This document shows, in pieces, positions 1 to 10,944 of a stretch of DNA of 64,000 nt (positions are counted from its first letter, which is position 1; each line of letters opens with the position of its first letter). The stretch lies in contig CAWJSJ010000002.1 of the NCBI GenBank assembly GCA_963845565.1, forward strand, positions 320,001 through 384,000, in the 5' to 3' direction. Under the pieces are notes generated by a model that was not told where the DNA came from, did not search any database, and saw nothing but the letters and a program-made list of their open reading frames with translations. The DNA comes from an uncultured Methylomirabilota bacterium. GTDB lineage: Bacteria > Methylomirabilota > Methylomirabilia > Methylomirabilales > 2-02-FULL-66-22. The position numbers were made by a program, and so were the translations under genes.

Positions 1-1543
1 TCCGGCACAGCCAGCGCGGGCGGAACGCGAAGGGGTGCAGGCGGGTGAACAGCAGCCGCAGGGCCGGGTCGAGCGTGATGGCCAGGACGGCGGCCACGAT
101 CATGGCCAGGTTCTTGGTGTAGGCCAGCGGCTTGAACAGCCGGCCTTCCTGCGCCTCCAGGGTCAGCACGGGCAGGAAGGAAACGGCGATCACCAGCAGG
201 GCGAAGAAGCTCGGTCCGCCGACCTCCTTCACGGCCCGGATGATCACCGACCGGTAGTCCTCGCTTCGTCCGCTCCGCTCCCACTCCTCCAGCTTCTTGT
301 GGGTCTGCTCCACCACCACGATGGCGGCGTCCACCATGGCGCCGATGGCGATGGCGATGCCGCCGAGCGACATGATGTTGGCGGTGAGGCCCATCAGCCG
401 GAACGGGATGAACGAGATGAGGACGGCGAACGGGAATGGTGATGATCGGGATGATGGCGCTGGGGATGTGCCAGAGGAAGAGGAGGATCACCAGCGCGAC
501 GGTGACGACGATCTCGATCAGCGTGGACTTCAGGTTGTCGATGGAGCGCAGGATCAGCTCGGACCGGTCGTAGACGGGGACGATCTTGACGCCCGGCGGC
601 AGGCCGGGCTCGATCTCCTTGAGCTTGGCCTTGACGCGCTCGATGACGTCCAGGGCGTTCTCGCCCTGGCGCATGACGACGATGCCGGAGACCACGTCGC
701 CCGTCCCGTCCAGGTCGGCGACGCCGCGGCGGATGTCCGGGCCCAGCACCACCTGGCCGACGTCCTTGATCCGGATGGGCGTGCCGCTCTCGCTGGCCGT
801 GAGGACGATCTGCTCGATGTCCTCGAGCGACTTGGCGTAGCCGCGCCCGCGCACCATGTACTCGGTGCCGCCGAACTCGATCAGGCGGCCGCCGACATCG
901 TTGTTGCCGCCGCGCACCGCCTCCACCACCCGGTTGATCGGGATGTTGTAGGCCTGCAGCCGGTTCGGGTCCACGTTCACCTGGTACTGCCGCACGAAGC
1001 CGCCGATGGGCGCCACCTCGGCCACGCCGGGCACGGACTTCAGGTGGTAGCGCAGATACCAGTCCTGGTACGAGCGCAGGTCCGCCAGGCTGTGCTTGCC
1101 GGTCTTGTCGACCAGCGCGTACTGGAAGACCCAGCCGAGGCCGGTGGCGTCCGGCCCCAGTTCGGTCTTCACGCCCTGCGGGCAGGCGCGGCAGACGCCG
1201 TGGAGAGATACTCCAGCGTGCGCGAGCGCGCCCAGTAGATGTCGGTGCCGTCCTCGAAGATGATGTAGACGTAGGAGTAGCCGAAGTCGGAGAAGCCGCG
1301 CACGGCCTTCACCTTCGGCGCGCCCAGCATGGCGGTGACGATGGGGTAGGTGACCTGGTCCTCGATGATGTCGGGGCTGCGGTCCCAGCGCGAGTAGACG
1401 ATCACCTGCGTGTCGCTCAGGTCCGGGATGGCGTCGAGCGGCACGTGCCGCATGGACCACCAGCCCACGATCCCGGCCGCCGCCACCAGCAGGAAGACGA
1501 TGAACTTGTTGTTGGCGGAGAACTCGATGATGCGGTTAATCAT
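1..1543 (-). CDS. cusA: CusA/CzcA family heavy-metal RND efflux permease (3' part runs off window; several apparent frameshifts)
   Basis: N-terminus MINRIIEFSANNKF...PLDAIPDLSDTQVIVYSRW..SPDIIEDQVTYPI..VRGFSDFGYSYVYIIFEDGTDIYWARSR is typical of CusA; minus-strand reading continues with NIMSLGGIAIAIGAMVDAAIVVVE near 310-380. Confidence 0.92.
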
Positions 1544-1669
1544 GGCGGGCATGGCTATGGTTCAGAGCATAGCGCATGGGGCATGGCGCATAGCGTCGAC
1601 TCTGTTCTTGGCGCTTTACCCTGCGCTTAGCGCTTCGCATCTGCTGCCGCTGCCCCCTGCTGCTGCCAG

Positions 1670-3209
1670 CTACTTTCCCGCGGATGGCGGCGGCGGGTGC
1701 CGTGGCCGGCGGGGATTCTTTGGCCTTCGCGGTTGCGCCCTCCCACTGGGCCGCGCTCAGGCGCTTCCCCGCGGGCGTGGCCGGCTCCTTGCCGGATTTC
1801 CCGGCGTACCGCGTCGGCTCCTTGTCGAATTTCACCTTGTCCTCGTCCGCGCAGAAGTAATAGGTCTGCCCCCGGAACTCGCTCGTCAGGCCGGCCGCCT
1901 TGGCCTTGGTTTGGTCCACCTCCATCCCGCAGACCGGGCACTCACTGGACTCGCCGGTGATCCCGGCGGCCGCCGCCTTCATCCGGCTCTCGGAGTCGAT
2001 CAGGAAGGTGCCCGAGACGACGATCTTCTCCCCCGGCATCAGCCCCTTGACGATCTCGACCTGGTCGCCGTCGCGCCACCCGGTCTCGACCTTGCGCGGC
2101 TCGAAGACCCCGTTGCCCTTGTCCACGTAGACGGTCTTCTTGATGCCGGAATCCACGACCGCATCCGCGGGCACGGTCATGGCTGGGGGCCAACGTTGAC
2201 CGGGAGCTCGACGTCCACGAACATGTCGGGCCGCAGGAGCAAGCCGGGGTTGTCGGCCTCGAGCCGGACCTTCAGCGTGCGGCTGGCCGGGTCGAACCTG
2301 GGGGAGGACATTGGCCACGCGGGCGGAGAAGGTCTTCTTCAGGTTGCGGGGCGACACCCGCACCGGCATCCCGGGCTTGAACGCCGAGGCCTCGGTCTCG
2401 AAGAGTGTCGGCCACGATCCAGACCTTCGCCAGGTCAGCGATCCGGTAGAGCTCGGTTCCCTTTTCGAAGCGCTGGCCGGGCGAGAGGTTCCGGGCCAGG
2501 ATGAAGCCGGCCGCCGGCGCTCGGATCTCGATGTTGTCCGCACCGCTGCCGGTGTCTGCAGGATCTCGTCCATCTGATGCTCGGTCATCCCCAGGTTGCG
2601 GAGGGAGTTTCGGTAGTTCTCAATGTTGGCGCCGGTCTGCTCGAGTTGCTCCTTGGTCTCCTTGCGCTCGCCTCGAACCGGTCCAGCGTATCGCAAACCA
2701 AAGAGATAGGCCTGCATCGCCGAGAAGAACTCTGGGGCATAAAAAGTGGCCAGCAGTTCGTCCTTCTGGACCAGACTGTCGGTGGTGACAGGGAGGATCT
2801 TCTTGACCCATCCGTCGGTGGCGGAGTTGATCCGGTAGATGCGGGTCTCGTCGGGGACGACCCGCCCCAGCACCCGGAGGGTGTGGCTCCCGGGGGCCTT
2901 TTCCACCGTCGCCACCTTGACGCCGATCAGCTGCTGCTTTTCGGGACTCACGCTCACGGTCCCGGGGGCAGACCCGCAGCGCCGCCCGACCCGCCCATGC
3001 GCCGTCCTCGTAGACCGGCACCAGTTCCATCCCGCAGTCCGGCGCGATGCCCGGCTTGTCGGACTTGTACGCCGGGTGCATGGGGTCTACGTAGTACAGG
3101 ACCTTGCGGACTGTCGGATGCGGTGACCGCAACCCTGTTGCGCTGGCGTGTACCAGGAACCGGCGAGAAATGACCCGACGGAGCAGGAGGAGCAAGAGAA
3201 CCGTTTCAA
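1670..3209 (-). CDS. cusB: CusB-like RND periplasmic adaptor with N-terminal heavy-metal-binding domain and C-terminal YHS domain (frameshifted; ends approximate)
   Basis: YYVDPMHPAYKSDKPGIAPDCGMELVPV; VPADAVVDSG..GEKIVVSGTFLIDSES; CPVCGMEVD..GQTYYFCADEDKVKFDKEPTRY; pieces lie in ORFs 2620-3195 and 1536-2957. Confidence 0.85.
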
Positions 3210-3358
3210 GTGATTCTATCTCAGTTACGGTCCGTGTTCATGAGGAAAGGACGCGCATTCGCTTCCCAATGATATCCTAGATGGCAACTGCTCATCTAGG
3301 CACAGTCAAGTCCTGTCTTCGTCAGGAGATGTATCGAAACCAGTGGCCCCAGAACACG

Positions 3359-3419
3359 AAGCCCCGCACGCGGTCCCGCGGGGCTTGTTGTGTCTGCCCC
3401 GGCGCCGAAGCGCCGGGGC
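3359..3419 (-). terminator. Two GC-rich hairpins downstream of the multicopper oxidase gene
   Basis: GCCCCGGCGC-TTCG-GCGCCGGGGC on the minus strand (3396-3419, cUUCGg loop) and AAGCCCCGC/GCGGGGCTT (3359-3386); no strong U-tract. Confidence 0.45.
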
Positions 3420-3464
3420 TGGACTGAAGCTGGCCACGTCACTCGTTGTCGCCCTGGTATTTTC

Positions 3465-5710
3465 TCTACAGTACACCACCAGCGGCCTGCATCATGTCGT
3501 GTTCTTCGTGCTCCAGGATGTGGCAGTGCCACACGTACTCGTTGCCGCCGGTCCGCGGGCTCGGGCGGGCCGTTCGTGATGGGCAACTGACGTTGATGCC
3601 TCTTTCGTGGTCACGATCTTGCACGATCGGCAGGTCGAACTTCATGATGACCCTGGTCACCGTGCCCGGGTACATCGGCACCGTCTCCTTCCACCCCAGC
3701 TCTTGTCGTCGGGCGGGAGTGACGGGACCGGTGACATTAGTGACGGGGACCAACGGTCAGATCGAACAGCCTGCCGGTTGATGACCTGGACGTTCACCAG
3801 GTGGAAGTGCATCGGGTGCACGTCGCCGGTGGGGTTGTAGATCTCCCAGACCTCCGTGTCGCCAGCCTGGACACGCTCTCGGTGGCCCCGGCATCCGTCG
3901 TACGGCCCATTGCCGATAACCGGCTGTACCATCCAAGGGTGAACCGAGGGCGCCAGTCATCGCCGAGCATCTGGATGAGCCGGCCGTAGGCGTCGAAGTC
4001 CTCGTTCAGGGTCAGGAAGCGCGGTGTGAGCCGGAGGAGGCAGTGGATCCGGTCACCCCACGGCGGTCGAGTGAACGTGGATCGATGCCATCCGCTCAGG
4101 TCGGTGCTCGTGTTGATCGTCAGCGGCGAGATCGGGTTGCGCTGGTCGCCGCAACCACGTTGAACCGCATGAGGACCCGGGTGTTGGGGCCGAAGCCGGG
4201 CGGCGTGGTTCGCGTTGACCGGGTTGTCCTTCAACGTTCAAGCCCGGGAAGTAGTCGTCACGGTCGTCCCCGCATGGGAACGGGGCCGGGCGCGTCGTTG
4301 TAAAGGATGACGCTCTTCCCCGGCATACCCGCTGAAGTCGACGATGACGTCGGGCCGTTCCGCCGGCGCCACGAGCAGCGACCTCTGAATCGAGACGGGA
4401 TGACCGGTCCGGCTGGGTCGGATCACGACCGGATCGGGACATTGCTCGGGACCTTTACCGGGTTTGCCAGGAAGCCCCCCTCGGTGCCGATCTGCAGCCA
4501 GGATGAGTCTCCTGTGGCAGCGTTCACGAACGGTGTGTTGGTCGGGACGCCGTTCGGCATCCAGCGTGATCCCGTTCGGGCTGCCGTCGTCGACATAGAG
4601 CTGCAGGTTGAGGAACCGGGCGTTGCAGGCGTTGAGGAGCCGCAGGCGGTAGCGCCGCGCCTCGACGGTGGCCTGCGGGAAGGTCGTGCCGTTGACCAGC
4701 ATGGTGTCGCCGAAGAACTCGGGGATGCACGATGGATCCGGGAGTGGCAGCCCTCCCGGCGCCAGTTCCCAGCGGCCGGTGCCATGCTGGTTCGGTTCGT
4801 AGGTGTGGGCATACCAGAGGCTGCCGGGCCTCGTGGCGGCCGTTTGTACGATGCCGCTCCATGTCGGGTCTTTGCTGCTGATGTCCGGACCGACGAAGAT
4901 CTTGTCCTGGATGACGAGCGGGATCTCGTTGCCGCCGGCCTCGATGTAGTTGGGCAGGCCCTGGTTGATGAGGCCCGCTTCGAAAGTGTCGCGGATCAGG
5001 ACGCCGGAGGCAATCCCGGCATAGGCATTCAGCCGGGTGATGCCAAGGCGTGGTCGTGGTACCACATGAACCGGGCGCTCTGGTTCATGGGATAGTAGTA
5101 TTCGGCGGCGCCGGGAAGGGCGAACGGATTCAGGACCTGGTTGTTCAGGAAGCTCAGCCCGTGCCTCCCGTAGGGGTCAAACCAGTCGAACGGGCCGCCG
5201 TCGCTGATCCAGGGGACCAGGCCACCGTGGAGGTGCACGGCTGTCCGGTTGATCGCCTGGTTCGCGCCCGGTATGGTCGTATCGACCGGGATGATGTGCT
5301 TTTTCACGAAGAGCAGGTTGTGGAAGGTGATCTGGATCGGCTTTCCCTTTTGGGCGACGATGATCCCGCCCAGGTGGGTTGGGGTGATGTTCCCGCCCAA
5401 TCCCCGGAGCGGGTTGTAGCCCCACAGGGTCGTCGGGCCAAGAGTCGGGCATAATCTGGTCCTGAAACTGCCTGATGATCATCTTGTAATGCGTAACACC
5501 CGTGACGGGTGCTGGCAAGAGACCCGGGATGGCATACCGGGATCCCTCCCGGGCCAACACCGCGCAACGTCGTTTGGAAAAGGGGGATCTTCGGGCTGTA
5601 GGCAAAGGCGTACGCCCGTGCCCGCGCGGGGTCAGCAGAATTCCCGACGCCGCCAGGCCGCCGCGGCTCCCGCGGTGAGCCTTGATGAATTGTCGTCTAC
5701 TGACCTTCAT
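3465..5710 (-). CDS. Tat-exported multicopper oxidase (CotA/bilirubin-oxidase-like), many apparent frameshifts
   Basis: Tat signal MKVSRRQFIKA; all four copper motifs present across frames: VHLHGG, WYHDHA, HPMHFHLV, YVWHCHILEHEEHDMM. Confidence 0.88.
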
Positions 5711-5736
5711 TGCATTCCCTCCTCGCGTTCGTGCGT

Positions 5737-6315
5737 TCATTTGCCAGGAATGTTTGCCGCGCCTTTCGCGCTCCCCTCCTCACCCTCCTTTCCGGCCGCG
5801 CGATGCGCGCGGAGTCTTGCGTGAGCTTGCGTACCCTTCTTTCTTGGTGCTCCGCACGCGCGCTTTCTCCCGGATCGGCCGTCATCGCCATTGCGACCCG
5901 ATTCGGGCTGAGAAAGCATCGAGGCCTTCGGATGAGGCTGATCCGGCCCCGGAATATGCGACTTGCCGACCCCCTGGATCGCCTTGACCAGATCGGCGGG
6001 GTCGGTGGCGGCCATGCGATTCCGCTGGTACACCGTGGCGGAGTCGTGGTCCAGGCTCAGCGTCACGACCCGGCCGCCGGTGGCACTGTGCAGGAACGCC
6101 CCCAGACGCATCGGCTGGTGCTTCCCCGTGCACTCCTCCACGATGATCACCTCGGGCTTCAGGGATTGCACCGCCTTCAGCGCCTTGGCCACATCGCTTT
6201 CCATGCCCACAATCTGCACGGCGCGCCGCGTCTCCAGCACGCTCCGCACCCCCTGGGCGAAGAGCCCGTGGTGATACACGATGTAGGTCCGGCACGGGGA
6301 GGCGGCGGTCATCAT
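5737..6315 (-). CDS. Stand-alone atypical receiver-domain protein (NarL-like REC, no HTH)
   Basis: TYIVYHHGLFAQGVRSVLE..VQIVG..ALKAVQSLKPEVIIVEE aligns by eye with the REC of the neighbouring regulator ([25 protein letters not shown]). Confidence 0.6.
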   Translation of the reverse strand: MMTAASPCRTYIVYHHGLFAQGVRSVLETRRAVQIVGMESDVAKALKAVQSLKPEVIIVEECTGKHQPMRLGAFLHSATGGRVVTLSLDHDSATVYQRNRMAATDPADLVKAIQGVGKSHIPGPDQPHPKASMLSQPESGRNGDDGRSGRKRACGAPRKKGTQAHARLRAHRAAGKEGEEGSAKGAANIPGK

Positions 6316-6682
6316 TGGAAAGAGACCCCACTCCAGATTATAGGAAATATACGCCGTTCCGCATCCCCGTCTATCCCCCAACCGGCACGTTTTCGTTGAT
6401 ATAGATGGCCATTCCCGCGTGGCCATTTCGAGCTAACGGGATCGGCAGCCTCCTGCTTCAAGAGTCCGGGCGAAACCATTGCGAGACCGATAATTGACAA
6501 TTTCAAACCGAACAAGGGGATGCCACCGGCACTGGCAGGTTGTCGGTTTCCCATTTTTCAATCCCGGTCACTGCTCAATTCCCTGGATTGATCATTGATT
6601 GAGGTGCCGTATCTGACGACCGAGCGGAAGGAAGACGGTCAGGCGGTATTCTTCGGCGGCGCTTCAAAATCTACGAGGACGT

Positions 6683-7702
6683 CTAAGGGGACGTTGGTTC
6701 TAAAACGCTTTTTATGGCATCCTCCAATCCGACTGCCTGCACCCCCGCGGCCAATCGGTTCACCGCTGAGGTGCCCACCCCGAGGAACCGAGCCACATCC
6801 GCCCCGGCGTGTCCGCCGTGCTTCACAGCAATCTGACAAAAGAGCTTTCTTGCACCACTGATGTGTCGCGCCTTGCTGCCGGATCGTAACTCGGCGCCGG
6901 AAATTCCCGTCTGCCGTATCACGATCACTGCGAGATCATCAAGGGTTGGGGCCTGCCGTCGAAGACGAATGGTCTGTCGCACCCGCTCTTCGGCCTCGCT
7001 GACCAGGCGTTCCGCAAACTCGCCGCCGCCCAGAATGCGCTCATCCGCAGCCGCGGTCACCCCTCGGCGCCGTAACGCTACCACGTGCGCCCAACCGCCT
7101 GCGCTGCGAACCAGTCCGCCACCGACCAATTCCGGCCTGCGACCCCGAGCAATCCCTTCAAGTACGAACGCCTCGTATCGCCGCACGGCCTCCTTGGTCC
7201 GCGCGCCGAACCGGGCGAGAATCTCCCCCACGTCTTGCCATTCACGCGATACCTGGCCCACGAGAGCCGAGTGGCCACCCCAGGGGTAATTCCCCAACTC
7301 TTCGGAGTCACGCACCAAACCGGCGCGCAGAGGGTTGAGGTGAATGTAGCGGGTCAACTCCAGCAGGTAGGGTTCGTCCTCACAGACAATGGATTTGTAC
7401 CGGTTCTGGAACAGGTGACCGAATCGCCGATAGCGGTGGTTGAAGTTGACAACATATCCCGTGAGCAATTGCCGCATGCTCTTCGCAAGCGGCTGGCCGG
7501 CGGTCCGGACAAGCAGATGGAAGTGCGTGGGAAGAAGAGCCCAGGCATAGACGCGCAGCGCTCCGCCGCGCCACAAGTCAGCGATCCGGTTCAGGAAGTC
7601 CGTCCGATCTCCGTCTGTGCGGAAGATCGCGGCTCCCTCGATCCCTCGGCCGATCACATGATGGAGCGCCCCGGGCGCATCGAGTCTCGCGTGACGTGGC
7701 AT
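6683..7702 (-). CDS. REP-associated-type (RAYT-like) HUH Y1 tyrosine transposase with C-terminal HTH extension
   Basis: MPRHARLDAPGALHHVIGRG, HUH motif PTHFHLL, GHLFQNRYKS, RYIHLNP, YPW; C-terminal HADVARFLGVGTSAVNR-like helix-turn-helix. Confidence 0.92.
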   Translation of the reverse strand: MPRHARLDAPGALHHVIGRGIEGAAIFRTDGDRTDFLNRIADLWRGGALRVYAWALLPTHFHLLVRTAGQPLAKSMRQLLTGYVVNFNHRYRRFGHLFQNRYKSIVCEDEPYLLELTRYIHLNPLRAGLVRDSEELGNYPWGGHSALVGQVSREWQDVGEILARFGARTKEAVRRYEAFVLEGIARGRRPELVGGGLVRSAGGWAHVVALRRRGVTAAADERILGGGEFAERLVSEAEERVRQTIRLRRQAPTLDDLAVIVIRQTGISGAELRSGSKARHISGARKLFCQIAVKHGGHAGADVARFLGVGTSAVNRLAAGVQAVGLEDAIKSVLEPTSP

Positions 7703-7761
7703 GCCGGCATTGTATGGTAACGACGGTTACGATTCAAGTCGTTTTAGAACCAACGTCCCCT
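6686..7761. mobile_element. 1076-bp element: Y1 transposase bounded by perfect 22-bp terminal inverted repeats
   Basis: AGGGGACGTTGGTTCTAAAACG at 6686-6707 is the exact reverse complement of CGTTTTAGAACCAACGTCCCCT at 7740-7761. Confidence 0.8.
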
Positions 7762-7776
7762 AATGACAGGAGAGGG

Positions 7777-8461
7777 TCAGGCGTTCTTTTTGGGCGACTT
7801 GCCCACCAACCCTTGGCGGAGAGCGTAGGTGGCGGCCTGGACGCGGTTCTCCAGGTGGAGCTTCTCGAGGATGTTCTTGAGGTGGTTCTTGACCGTATTC
7901 TCGGCGACGCCGAGCGCGGCGGCGATCTCCTTGTTGCTCTTGCCCTGCGCCACGAGGCCCAGGACCTCGTGCTCGCGCGGGCTCAGTTCCGGGCTGCGGC
8001 CCGCCGCAGATTCGGCCCGATTCGCCTGCCGGCTGAACTCTCCCATCAGCTTGGCCGCCATCAGGCGAGAGATGGACGCTTCGCCCTGGGCCACCCCGCG
8101 CAGCGTGTCGAACAAGGCGCGCGGCTCGATCTTCTTGAGCAGGTAGCCCTGGGCGCCGTTCTTGACCGCCTCGAAGAGATTCTGGTCCGCTTCCTCGACC
8201 GTGAGGATCACGACCCGGACGTGCGGCAGCTCCGTCTTTGATCCGTTGCGTCGCCTCCAGCCCATCTACTTCCGGCATCGAGAGGTCCATGAGGACGATA
8301 TCCGGCATCAGGTCACGTGCCTTCTCGATCGCCTCCCGCCCGTTGGCGGCTTCCCCGACCACCTCGAACCCGGCTTCGGCGGACAAGAGGCTTACGATCC
8401 CCCTCCGGAACAGGGCGTGATCATCCACCACCAGGACACGAATGGGCGACGGACTGCTCAT
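7777..8461 (-). CDS. NarL/LuxR family response regulator (one apparent frameshift near 8240)
   Basis: [34 protein letters not shown], then [43 protein letters not shown]. Confidence 0.92.
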
Positions 8462-10422
8462 GAGGATTCCTCCAACGGCAGAAGCGCCATGACCTGGGTC
8501 CCCTGACCGGGCGCCGTCACGATCTCCAGTTTTCCGCCGACTCCCTCTGCTCGCTCCCGCATGCCTTGCAACCCGAAATGCAGCGCGTTCGGCGCGGCGA
8601 CCCTCGCGACCTCGAAGCCTCGGCCGTCGTCCTCCACACTCACGCGGACCCATCCGTCCAGGCGCTCGACACGGACCAAGGCGAGACTGGCCTGCGCGTG
8701 CTTACGGACATTGGTCAGGGCTTCTTGAACGATCCGGGCGAGGTGGACCTCCGCCGCGGGAGGGAGGCGGATCGCTTCGGCTCCTTCGGCCTCCAGCTTC
8801 ACAGGGATGTCGCTCTGAACACTAAACTCGTGAAGAAACTCGGTCAGGGTTGGGACGAACCCCCGGTTGCCAGAAACCATGGTGCGTAGCCCGAAGATGG
8901 ATTGGCGGACCTCGTCGTAGGCATTCTCGCTGAGACTCGCCATTTCCTCCAGCGCATGCCCGAGCCGAGAAGACTCTCTCGGGGGGATCAGCGCCTGTGC
9001 CTGTCGGATTCTCAGGTGCAGGAGGCTCACCAACTGGGCTAACCCGTCGTGCATGTCGCGGGCGATGCGGCCGCGCTCTTCCAGCACCGCGAGCCTTCGC
9101 ACCTCACTTTCCAGCCGGCCATGCTCGACCGCGATGGCGACCTGCGCGGCCATGGCGGTGAGCAGTTCTTTCTCCTCGCTGCTGAAGATCCGCTCCTCGC
9201 GGCTCGCAACACAGAGCACCCCGACGGACTCGCCGCCGCGGTTCAAGGGGAGCGGAAGGTGGCTCCGAAGGTACTCCGGGCGCATCACGGGGCAGTCGGT
9301 GAGGCGATGCTCCTGGTTCTCGAGGCAAGTGGCCGAGCACCCGACGACACCACCCCTGACCCGGAAGGCGTCCGCGGGGCCGCTCGTCGAGCGCACCTCC
9401 ACCTCCTCGCGGCCGGGGATGAAGAGGCAGATGGCGGCGGCCTCGACATTCATGATCTGGCACGTATGATTCACGACCGACCGCAGGATCGCGTCCGGCC
9501 CTTCGACTCCCTTGAAGGCCAACAGGTCGGTGCCGATCCGATGCAGGATGTCCAGTTCCCAGACCTTCCGCTCCAACCGCACCTGCGCCACATGCAGGTC
9601 GCGCTCTCGCCCTTGCAGGCGGTCCGCCATGACGTTGAACGCGTGTGAGAGTTTGCCGATCTCATCCCGGCTCGCAACCACGACCCGCTGATCCAGCCGG
9701 CCCTCGGCAATCCTCAACGCGGCACCGGCAATCTCGCCCAAGGGTATCGCAACCTTCCCACGCAACATCAGGCTGGCGGCGACAACCAAGAGGATCCCGA
9801 TCGCCACGAACAGCATGTAGAGCCAGACGACGAGCCGGATGAGGCGCTGACCCTGCCGGGAGAGATCGAGGACAGCGGCCTGGTGGAAATTGTGCAGGTT
9901 CTTGGAATTCTCCATCCCCCGGTCCAAAACATCCCGCAGCCGGACCATATCCCCCGGCTGCAGATACACCCGACTCCCGAAGTTCTTCTCGACCTGGTCG
10001 AGGAGAATCCCAAGATCCGCCTCGATCTGTCTCAGCCTTTCCACCAATAGGCTTTCGACCGCCGTGAAGAGTTGGACTCCCCCGATAAAGTGAGAGTCGT
10101 GGTAGGTCCGGATCTTCTCCGTCAGCGTCCGCCGGAGGTTCGGTAGGCGATCGAAGCGGTCGAACATTCCGGTGGCCTGGATGTACTGGACCTCGGAGAC
10201 GATCAGGTGGAGCGTGTCGTAGATTCCCCCGGCCGCGAGGGTATGGGTGAATCCCTGTTCCGTCCGCTTGTGGATGCTGTAAATCTGGAGTCCCAGGAAG
10301 AGAGAGATTCCCCCCGCGATGAGCATGGCGATGACGATGGCTGCGAGGGCAGCGCTGAGCCGCCGTCCGAGACGAACAGGAAACCCTGGGGGGGAAGCAT
10401 TCGATCGTCCGTCCATACGCAC
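8458..10422 (-). CDS. Membrane sensor histidine kinase (2 TM, HAMP, GAF, HisKA_3, HATPase), NarX/NarQ-like architecture
   Basis: [68 protein letters not shown] overlap with the regulator gene. Confidence 0.93.
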   Translation of the reverse strand: MRMDGRSNASPPGFPVRLGRRLSAALAAIVIAMLIAGGISLFLGLQIYSIHKRTEQGFTHTLAAGGIYDTLHLIVSEVQYIQATGMFDRFDRLPNLRRTLTEKIRTYHDSHFIGGVQLFTAVESLLVERLRQIEADLGILLDQVEKNFGSRVYLQPGDMVRLRDVLDRGMENSKNLHNFHQAAVLDLSRQGQRLIRLVVWLYMLFVAIGILLVVAASLMLRGKVAIPLGEIAGAALRIAEGRLDQRVVVASRDEIGKLSHAFNVMADRLQGRERDLHVAQVRLERKVWELDILHRIGTDLLAFKGVEGPDAILRSVVNHTCQIMNVEAAAICLFIPGREEVEVRSTSGPADAFRVRGGVVGCSATCLENQEHRLTDCPVMRPEYLRSHLPLPLNRGGESVGVLCVASREERIFSSEEKELLTAMAAQVAIAVEHGRLESEVRRLAVLEERGRIARDMHDGLAQLVSLLHLRIRQAQALIPPRESSRLGHALEEMASLSENAYDEVRQSIFGLRTMVSGNRGFVPTLTEFLHEFSVQSDIPVKLEAEGAEAIRLPPAAEVHLARIVQEALTNVRKHAQASLALVRVERLDGWVRVSVEDDGRGFEVARVAAPNALHFGLQGMRERAEGVGGKLEIVTAPGQGTQVMALLPLEESS

Positions 10423-10944
10423 GCCTCAATCTTTCCGATTTGGCGATTCCCGATGGGGTTATTGCAACTTCAAGATCTTTGTGGTGTCTCGTCCGAATTG
10501 ATGTGGTAGAAATTGCACGATTCGTACCACCACTTCCAAAATGATTCTGGTCATCTGGATCTGGCAGAATCTTCTGAGTCTAATGAGTTACGAGATGTTC
10601 ATTTTGTGTCTGGACATTCGATCGACGGGTATGGTGTGAGACAAATTTGTGCATTGGCTGTGGCATCCTCAGAGACAGTCTCGTCAAGGAAACTCGGAGG
10701 CGGGACAGTGGCGAATGCGTGAATGGCGATTTCCGGGCGCAACACGATGAATGAGCACGACAAATCCGGGAGCCCCGGGTGATGGTGGGCGCGTCGAATC
10801 ATTCTTTCGGCAGCGCAATCCACCGCCACCCCGCTCGCTCCGTGGACACCATGCCCACGACGACCCGCCGGGGACCCAGAGGTTTCCGGCCAACTCCGGC
10901 GGCGCGTTGATACCGCTGCCCCTTCTCCTGCTCCCGTTGCAGGA

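Noticed and set aside
1..5710. Mass pseudogenisation or programmed frameshifting of the copper genes (also norB and about ten other genes)
   Set aside because: Single-base shifts are scattered, cluster at the window ends and leave catalytic motifs intact, which is most consistent with sequencing indels. Read-level polishing is needed to confirm.
6495..6510. FNR/Crp-like box TTGACAATTTCAA upstream of the pseudo-receiver
   Set aside because: Spacer is one base short of TTGAT-N4-ATCAA and both half-sites mismatch.
6639..6685. DVLVDFEAPP just outside the left repeat resembles a minimal nucleotidyltransferase motif
   Set aside because: Too short, and no matching remainder was seen on the other side of the element.
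7741..7761. GTTTTAGAAC resembles the start of type II CRISPR repeats
   Set aside because: Only two copies, inverted, with no spacers and no cas genes; explained as the element's terminal repeats.
10500..10940. AT-richer intergenic stretch with a short inverted repeat upstream of the kinase gene
   Set aside because: No credible ORF, RNA motif or second copy in the window; probably promoter DNA.
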